64,000 nucleotides of DNA from Escherichia phage WG01: the sequence record NC_031928.1; one strand, given 5' to 3'. A program made the position numbers and the translations under genes. The notes under the pieces are model-generated. The model was not told the origin of the DNA. It did not search any database and saw nothing but the letters and a program-made list of their open reading frames with translations. This document shows, one piece after another, positions 56,317-64,000 of this stretch; position 1 is the stretch's first letter; every line of letters begins with the position of its first letter.

Positions 56317-56981
56317 TGACTTTAACTGAAATGAAAAGCGGGTTAAAATCCCGCTTAGCCGATTATTTGGAATTATCTTACACTAGTGACAAGCCTACTG
56401 CTGTCGCTGACCAACGTCCTATTGGTGGTCCTTCTGCAAACCAAACCCAGAAGGGTGTTTATTTTCCTACGGTCCAAAGTGCAATAGATGATATTGCATT
56501 TAGAACAGAGCTTCCTGTGAACTCTGTTATTATTACCACAGAAAACAGAGCACCTGGATTTATCCAGCAATCTGATAAAATTACATTTACCGGTTCTATT
56601 TCTTCAGGCGGTGAACTTGGCGACCCGGTTATTATTAAAGTGTTCGGACTTCCTGTAGAGGTCTTAGTTGGCGATTCATCTGTATTGGTTGCATCTAAAG
56701 TAAATGATGTGTTTTTAGACGCTATTGCTAATAGCTATATTTTGGCCGAAACTGCTATTGATGCCTTAGACCAATCTACCTTGAATATTAAATACAATGA
56801 CTATCAGAATCATATTTTTTCACCATATAAACAATCGGGTTGTACAATTTCCCATACTATAGTCCAACAGCCAAGGGCTGGATACGGTAAGTGGGAATAC
56901 TTAGGTAACTCTACCCAATCGTTAGCAGGTGGTACAGTTAACGGCACGATTCCTTTATATTACTATAAGAGATTATATTAA
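56316..56981 (+). CDS. 11: baseplate protein gp11 (short tail fiber attachment)
   Basis: 221 aa (T4 gp11 is 219). Confidence 0.88.
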   Translation: MTLTEMKSGLKSRLADYLELSYTSDKPTAVADQRPIGGPSANQTQKGVYFPTVQSAIDDIAFRTELPVNSVIITTENRAPGFIQQSDKITFTGSISSGGELGDPVIIKVFGLPVEVLVGDSSVLVASKVNDVFLDAIANSYILAETAIDALDQSTLNIKYNDYQNHIFSPYKQSGCTISHTIVQQPRAGYGKWEYLGNSTQSLAGGTVNGTIPLYYYKRLY

Positions 56982-58507
56982 TGTCAACAAACACACTAAA
57001 ACACATTAGTGATAAATCGGAATTCAAATCATTCGACCCTACTGGGTCGAATTTCCCGCCTGATATTACTAATGTTCAAGAAGCATTGGCAACTATTTCA
57101 TTAATCGGCGTCACAGGTAATGTTCCTTCAGCTACAGAAACGTCCCAAGGCATTATTCGTCTTGCCACAACACAAGAAGTAATGGATGGTCTGGATGCTT
57201 ATAGTGCAGTGACACCGGCAACTTTAAAAGCCCGTTTAGATATTCCTACTCAGGCAACAGAAACTTATGTAGGTATCACCCGTTATGCTACTAACGCTGA
57301 AGCTATAGCAGGCACAGAGCCCCAGGCTGCAATCGTAGCAACTTCTTTGAAAGCGGTAATGGATTATACATTTGAGAACCGTTTATCAACAGAGAACGCC
57401 ACAGGCGTTATCAAGATTTCAACTACACCTGCCGCATTAGCTGGTACCGATGATACCACAGCAATGACCCCACTTAAAGTATCTCAGGCAATTGGTGCAG
57501 CGACGGCCGCGTTACCGGTTTATTCTACAGCAACGACTACAAATGAAGGTTTAGTTCGTTTAGCGACCAATGCAGAGGTTGGTAATGGAAGTCTTTCGGT
57601 AGGTATCGCTATTTCTCCGGCAGGATTAGCCACATTAACTTCCACCGAAGAACGAAGCGGTATTATTAAACTCGCAGGTTGGGATATGGTATCTAATGGT
57701 ACCGACCATACCGCCGCAGTTACACCGGCTTCTTTGTTAGCTCGTACAGGTAATACTGGACGTATTGGGTTGGTTCGTTTATCTACTACTGTAGGCCAAG
57801 GCGATGGTAATACGGCGCTGGCTTATAATGCTAACGTTATTTCTACTTCAGGCGGCGAAATATGGGGTACTTTAAACGTTAATGGAGCATTACGTCGTAA
57901 TGGTGTTGATGTTGTTACCCATGACCAATTATCAGATAGCGTTCCGGTGGGTACTATTTGCATGTGGGGTGGCAATGAAGGTAATATACCTGGTAAATGG
58001 CGTGCTTGTGTAGGTGGGACTTACACTGGTGGTGCATATTTAAATGCTGTTGGTGGGCGTTGGGGATGGTGGGGTGCTATTCCAGATTTCCGTGGATTAT
58101 ATCCTCGTGGCGCTAACATGGTCGGTGGATATTCTGAAGGCGAAGTTAACCCGCATATTGCCGGTAACCGAGGAGAAGACGGTAAAGGTAAAGCCCGTTT
58201 AGGTAATGGTGTTGGTTCTTTCCCGCAATCTTCCGTTCAAGCCCAAGCATTACGTTATCATAAACATGCTGGTGGTTTTGGTGAACATGATAACTATGGC
58301 GCTTTTGGTAACACCGCTAACTCCGGATATGTTGGTACTCGTAAAGGCCTTGACTGGGATAACCGTAGTTATTATACCAACGAAGGTTTTGAGACCACCG
58401 ATCCTTGGAACCGTGATGGACATACCACATTGAATAGTGAAGGTCTTATTGCCAACGAAACACGTCCATGGACAATGTCCGTTCTTTTTATTATTAAAGT
58501 AGAATAA
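56981..58507 (+). CDS. 12: short tail fiber protein gp12
   Basis: 508 aa; repeated motif G(I/V)xRLATxxE (GIIRLATTQE, GITRYATNAE, GLVRLATNAE, GLVRLSTTVG). Confidence 0.9.
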   Translation: MSTNTLKHISDKSEFKSFDPTGSNFPPDITNVQEALATISLIGVTGNVPSATETSQGIIRLATTQEVMDGLDAYSAVTPATLKARLDIPTQATETYVGITRYATNAEAIAGTEPQAAIVATSLKAVMDYTFENRLSTENATGVIKISTTPAALAGTDDTTAMTPLKVSQAIGAATAALPVYSTATTTNEGLVRLATNAEVGNGSLSVGIAISPAGLATLTSTEERSGIIKLAGWDMVSNGTDHTAAVTPASLLARTGNTGRIGLVRLSTTVGQGDGNTALAYNANVISTSGGEIWGTLNVNGALRRNGVDVVTHDQLSDSVPVGTICMWGGNEGNIPGKWRACVGGTYTGGAYLNAVGGRWGWWGAIPDFRGLYPRGANMVGGYSEGEVNPHIAGNRGEDGKGKARLGNGVGSFPQSSVQAQALRYHKHAGGFGEHDNYGAFGNTANSGYVGTRKGLDWDNRSYYTNEGFETTDPWNRDGHTTLNSEGLIANETRPWTMSVLFIIKVE

Positions 58508-58516
58508 GGGTAAAAA

Positions 58517-60106
58517 ATGATTAACAAATTGGAACTTAGTGAGTTACCATTTGTTGACGGCGTACCTGATGCTCCTCAAAAGCGTATCCAATGGATACGC
58601 GAGGGTGATTGTATGTCTGCAGCAAAAACAAAATACGGCAATGAAGGTAATTTGAACGCTGCTGCTTTAGGAGTTCAGAAAAACGTTGAAGCTCTTGATG
58701 CGAATGATTTGAAAACCGCAGATAAAGTTAACGAACTGGTAGAAAACGTTAATAATATCAATGATGCCTTAGAAATGGCTACGGATATTTCCGTCATCCA
58801 ACAAATTGAGAAAAACCGTGTTGATATCGTAGAGCTTAAGAGAGTAGAAGGCGAAACCACTACTGGGCTAAACAATTTAACCATAAATTTAGACCACCTA
58901 AAAGAAGACGTTGGTTACCATGACCCTTTACAAGATGGCCCATATTTAACTGTACGTGAAAATATTGTTCTTCTTAAAACCGAAATAGGTCATTATGAAA
59001 ACCAGGATATAAATGGTAATCCGTTGCCTCCTGGTGAAACCAGCGAAGCCACCGGTATGAAACGTCGCATCATTGATAATACCACTCAATTGGTCGACCA
59101 TCGTCTTCGCATTGATACCCTTGAAAGGAATTATGAAGATTCTGACGTCGGGCAACTAGGTATTAAATTAAATGAAATTCGTGCTGAACTCGGGCCCCAT
59201 TCCGATACGGTAGGTAAACAACAGGCTTATACCCGAATTTCTGTATTAGAAACGGCTGCAATTAATTTCAATACATCTATCGACGAAATTAAGACTAATA
59301 TTGATTTCTCCGGTATGCCTATAAAGGACCGAGTAACTACTTTAGAAAGCAAAACTCTTACCCTAGAAAATTCAGTCAACGTTGATTTAAAACCTCGTGT
59401 AACATCAATTGAAACCCAAATAGGTTCTGAATCAACTCCTACTTCTATTAATGGACGTTTAAGCGGTCTTCGTACTGATGTAAATGACCTTAAAACCATA
59501 GTGGGTGTTAGTTCAAGTGATGGCTTACGTTTCCAAGTTACTGATATCAACCGCCGTTTAGGTAGTGAAGTATCTCCGGCAGCTGGGACCATTAATAAGC
59601 GTTTAAATGACGTTATTATCCAAGCAAACCAATCTACTTCATCTATCCAGGATATTCAAGTAGAAATTGGAAATAACCAATCCGGTATTAAGGGTACTTT
59701 ACTTAAACTCACCAATAAGGTTGACGGGACAAACCCTAACGGTACTACTGTAGAAGAACGTGGTCTTATTAACGCGGTTACTTCTTTAGAAACCCGGATG
59801 TTAGGTAAGTTGAATGATGCCCCTTCCGATGGTAAGCTTTATGCTCGTCGTAATGCTACGTGGACCGAAGTTCCTAACGTTTCTACTGAAATAGGGACCG
59901 TTAAAGCTGATTTAGTTGTTACCGATGGTAATGTGGCAGCTTTAACTTCTAGAGTTACTACAGCAGAAGATAAAATCACTGCATTAGAAACTGAACTTGC
60001 TAAACGTCCACCAGTGGCTCCAGTTGCTGATGGACTTCCATATGTTCTTGTTAATAATGCGTGGGTGCTATTGTCAGATTTTGTGACTTTAAACCCAGCA
60101 CCATAA
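58517..60106 (+). CDS. wac: fibritin (whiskers) Wac
   Basis: 529 aa; N-terminal LPFVDGVPDAPQ; long coiled coil; C-terminal foldon-like GLPYVLVNNAWVLLSDFV. Confidence 0.9.
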   Translation: MINKLELSELPFVDGVPDAPQKRIQWIREGDCMSAAKTKYGNEGNLNAAALGVQKNVEALDANDLKTADKVNELVENVNNINDALEMATDISVIQQIEKNRVDIVELKRVEGETTTGLNNLTINLDHLKEDVGYHDPLQDGPYLTVRENIVLLKTEIGHYENQDINGNPLPPGETSEATGMKRRIIDNTTQLVDHRLRIDTLERNYEDSDVGQLGIKLNEIRAELGPHSDTVGKQQAYTRISVLETAAINFNTSIDEIKTNIDFSGMPIKDRVTTLESKTLTLENSVNVDLKPRVTSIETQIGSESTPTSINGRLSGLRTDVNDLKTIVGVSSSDGLRFQVTDINRRLGSEVSPAAGTINKRLNDVIIQANQSTSSIQDIQVEIGNNQSGIKGTLLKLTNKVDGTNPNGTTVEERGLINAVTSLETRMLGKLNDAPSDGKLYARRNATWTEVPNVSTEIGTVKADLVVTDGNVAALTSRVTTAEDKITALETELAKRPPVAPVADGLPYVLVNNAWVLLSDFVTLNPAP

Positions 60107-60131
60107 TAAAAGGGCTTCGGCCCTTTTTTGC
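60107..60131 (+). terminator. rho-independent terminator after wac
   Basis: AAGGGC-TTCG-GCCCTT hairpin followed by T6. Confidence 0.6.
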
Positions 60132-60139
60132 TATAAATA
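60132..60139 (+). promoter_or_regulatory. late promoter TATAAATA for gene 13
   Basis: exact TATAAATA 22 nt upstream of the ATG at 60161. Confidence 0.6.
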
Positions 60140-60160
60140 CGGTTATTAGAGGAATAAACC

Positions 60161-61096
60161 ATGGCAAGTGAATCATATAACCCTAAGCAACTCAAGGACG
60201 CAATCCTGCGCCGCCTGGGTGCACCGATTACGAATATTGAAGTAACTACAGACCAAGTATACGATTGCATCCAGCGCGCCCTGGAGCTCTACGGTGAGTA
60301 TCATTATAACGGCTATAACAAAGGTTATCAGGCTTTTTATATAGGCCATGATGACGAAGAAAAATTCCGTAACGGCGTATTTGACCTTAAAGGCCGTAAT
60401 ATATTTGCAGTAACACAAATTTTAAGAACTAATGTAGGTTCTTTAACATCTATGGATGGCCAAGCGACTTATCCATGGTTTACTGATTTTGTATTAGGCC
60501 TAGCTGGTATTAACGGCGGTCTTGGAACTTCTTGTAACAGCTTTGGGCCTAATGCCTTTGGTGCTGACCTCGGGTATTTTACACAATTAATGCAATATCG
60601 TTCTATGATGCAGGACCTTTTGGTTCCATTGCCTGATTATTGGTATAACGATGCCACTGAACAGTTGAAGGTAATGGGTAACTTTGTTAAAGGCGATTTT
60701 ATTGTAATTGAAGTTTATACTCGCTCTTTTAATGGGGTCGATTCTATGGTAGGAAATACCGCAGGATATGGATATGCCTCTGGTGGGTGCGACGAAAATG
60801 AATGGAGCCCCGGAGCTATTTGGGATAACCCGGCTCGTCGTATTTCAGGTATGAGGGCAGGTGAAGACCTTGGTTTGCAAGATGGTTCATATAATAACCG
60901 TTGGGTCAAAGATTATGCGACGGCATTGGTTAAAGAAGTCAATGGTAATATTTTGGCCAAACACCAAGGCATGCAACTTGCGGGTGGAACCACTGTAGAT
61001 GGTATTCGATTGATTGAAGAAGCTCGTTTAGAAAAAGAACGCCTTCGCGAAGAATTAGATTTACTCGACCCACCAACACCTATTTTAATTGGATAA
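60161..61096 (+). CDS. 13: neck protein gp13
   Basis: 311 aa (T4 gp13 is 309); order wac-13-14. Confidence 0.88.
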   Translation: MASESYNPKQLKDAILRRLGAPITNIEVTTDQVYDCIQRALELYGEYHYNGYNKGYQAFYIGHDDEEKFRNGVFDLKGRNIFAVTQILRTNVGSLTSMDGQATYPWFTDFVLGLAGINGGLGTSCNSFGPNAFGADLGYFTQLMQYRSMMQDLLVPLPDYWYNDATEQLKVMGNFVKGDFIVIEVYTRSFNGVDSMVGNTAGYGYASGGCDENEWSPGAIWDNPARRISGMRAGEDLGLQDGSYNNRWVKDYATALVKEVNGNILAKHQGMQLAGGTTVDGIRLIEEARLEKERLREELDLLDPPTPILIG

Positions 61097-61098
61097 TT

Positions 61099-61872
61099 AT
61101 GGCTACTTTCGATTCGAGTTTATTTGCCAAGCTGGAAAATAATACTGGCTATGCTAACACGAACGAAACTGAAATAATGAATCCGTTCGTCAACTTCTAC
61201 AAGCATGAGAATACCCAAACATTGGCTGATGCTTTAGTTGCTGAGTCTATTCAAATGCGTGGTATTGAGCTTTATTATATACCACGTGAATACGTTAATC
61301 CAGACCAGCTATTTGGCGAAGACCTTCAGAACAAATTTACTAAAGCCTGGAAATTTGCAGGTTATTTGGATTCCTTTGAAGGTTATTCCGGTGACAATAC
61401 TTATTTCAGTAAGTTCGGTATGATGGTTAATGATGAAGTAACAATCACAATTAACCCTAACCTTTTTAAACATCAATGCAATGGCACTGAACCTGTTTCA
61501 GGTGATTTGATTTATTTCCCAATGGACAACAGCCTATTCGAAATTAACTGGGTACAACCTTACGACCCATTCTATCAAGTAGGAGCTAACGTCCAGCGGC
61601 GCATCACCGCTACCAAGTTCATTTACAATGGTGAAGAACTTCGCCCTGAATTACAGAGAAATGAAGGTATTAATATCCCTGAGTTTAGTGAGCTTGATTT
61701 AATGCCTGTTAAGAATATCGACGGATTGGCTGATATCTCCGACATTCAATATGAAGAGGTCAATGAGATTAATGCTGAAGCGGCGGAATTCGTACATCCT
61801 TATGTTGTAATTAATGGACGAGGAGAGGATGCTCCTCCTACAGCATTTGATGATGCTTTTTTAGATGATTAA
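61099..61872 (+). CDS. 14: neck protein gp14
   Basis: 257 aa (T4 gp14 is 256). Confidence 0.88.
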   Translation: MATFDSSLFAKLENNTGYANTNETEIMNPFVNFYKHENTQTLADALVAESIQMRGIELYYIPREYVNPDQLFGEDLQNKFTKAWKFAGYLDSFEGYSGDNTYFSKFGMMVNDEVTITINPNLFKHQCNGTEPVSGDLIYFPMDNSLFEINWVQPYDPFYQVGANVQRRITATKFIYNGEELRPELQRNEGINIPEFSELDLMPVKNIDGLADISDIQYEEVNEINAEAAEFVHPYVVINGRGEDAPPTAFDDAFLDD

Positions 61873-61880
61873 ATAATACA

Positions 61881-61905
61881 TGGCGCATGGTGCGCCATTT
61901 TAGGA
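61881..61905 (+). terminator. candidate terminator after gene 14
   Basis: ATGGCGCA-TGG-TGCGCCAT hairpin followed by TTTT. Confidence 0.45.
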
Positions 61906-61911
61906 GGTTTG

Positions 61912-62774
61912 ATGTTTGGACATTGGTATAATAGTTCGCTACGTCGCTATATTGTTTTGATGGGTGATTTATTTTCCCATGTTCAAGTAGCACGTCAAAG
62001 AGAAGATACAGGACTTAAATTTATTAAGGTTCCTATTACGTATGCTTCTAAAGAAAGATTTATGGCAAATTTGGGTAAATGGACGGCAGTACAGAATATT
62101 CCAAATCCTAATATGACAGCTAAAGAACGGGCCGAACAAAAAGCTAAAGTGGAAACAGTTCTTCCGCGTATGAACCTCCAAATGGTTGATATGCTTTACA
62201 ACTCACAATATAAAACAGCCCTTCAAAACAGAACACAAATTCAATTTGAGAATGGCGACCCACGTAAGCGTGTCAGCCAATATTCTCCTACTCCGGTTAA
62301 AATGATTTTCGAACTGGGTATTTACACTAGAACCCAAGATGATATGTTCCAAATTGTAGAACAGATTATGCCTTATTTCCAACCTCACTTCAATACAACT
62401 ATCACTGAACTCTATACAAACGAAATTAAATTTGACCGTGATATCCGTATTGTGTTCCAATCTATAGCAATGGATGAACAATTAGAAGGTGATACCACTT
62501 CTAGACGTCGCTTAGAGTGGTCTATGATGTTTGAGGTTAATGGTTGGTTATATCCTCCTGTGAAGGAAATGGAAGGCGAAATTAAAACCATTTATCTTGA
62601 TTTCTTTGCCAACTCAAAGGAACTCGCTCCTGAAGGTAATTTCGAATCGGTTGATAGCGAAGTGGTTCCTAGAGGTGTAGAAGAAAAAGAATGGGATGGT
62701 AAGTCCATTCAAACATATTCACAAGATATTCCAGTGCCTGTCGAGCCAGCGCCTCCAGCACCAAGGAGAAACCC

Positions 62775-62778
<4 letters not shown>
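61912..62778 (+). CDS. 15: tail sheath stabilizer/tail terminator gp15
   Basis: ORF track start is TTG; ATG at 61912 with AGGAGG RBS; [21 protein letters not shown] matches T4 gp15 as recalled. Confidence 0.9.

Positions 62779-64000
<1,222 letters not shown>

Overview
This window is a contiguous segment of a T4-like (Tevenvirinae-type) myovirus genome, collinear with the T4 map from gene 45 to the start of gene 17. Coordinates 1-43003 are an early/middle region read entirely on the minus strand: 45, 46, 47, 55, 49, nrdC, a block of conserved unknown genes, tk, a macro-domain gene, regB, denV, internal-protein genes, e lysozyme, nudE, an accessory block, two tRNAs, 57B (Acb1-like), 57A, 1, 3, 2, 4. 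At 43003/43049 transcription switches to the plus strand for the late baseplate/tail/neck genes 53, 5, a 687-aa unknown ORF, 6, 7, 8, 9, 10, 11, 12, wac, 13, 14, 15, 16 and the 5' part of 17. Gene identities rest on synteny, protein length, motifs visible in the ORF translations and recollection of T4 proteins; no database search was possible. Plus-strand ORFs in the early region and minus-strand ORFs in the late region are treated as antisense shadows. Notable content: about 19 copies of a ~40-bp early-promoter cassette with dyad symmetry, nine genes carrying the T4 capsid-targeting N-terminus MK(T/S/A)Y(Q/N/K)(E/Q)F(I/L)xE, RBS-sequestering palindromes at late promoters, and no alpha-gt or nrdD/nrdG at their T4 positions. 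I did not find a clearly definable new multi-gene system; the best candidates for novelty are the 687-aa ORF between genes 5 and 6 and the accessory block at 28.3-36.5 kb. Several ORF-track starts are TTG/GTG or run into upstream promoters, so I moved them to the first ATG with a Shine-Dalgarno; positions I derived by eye may be off by 1-2 nt.
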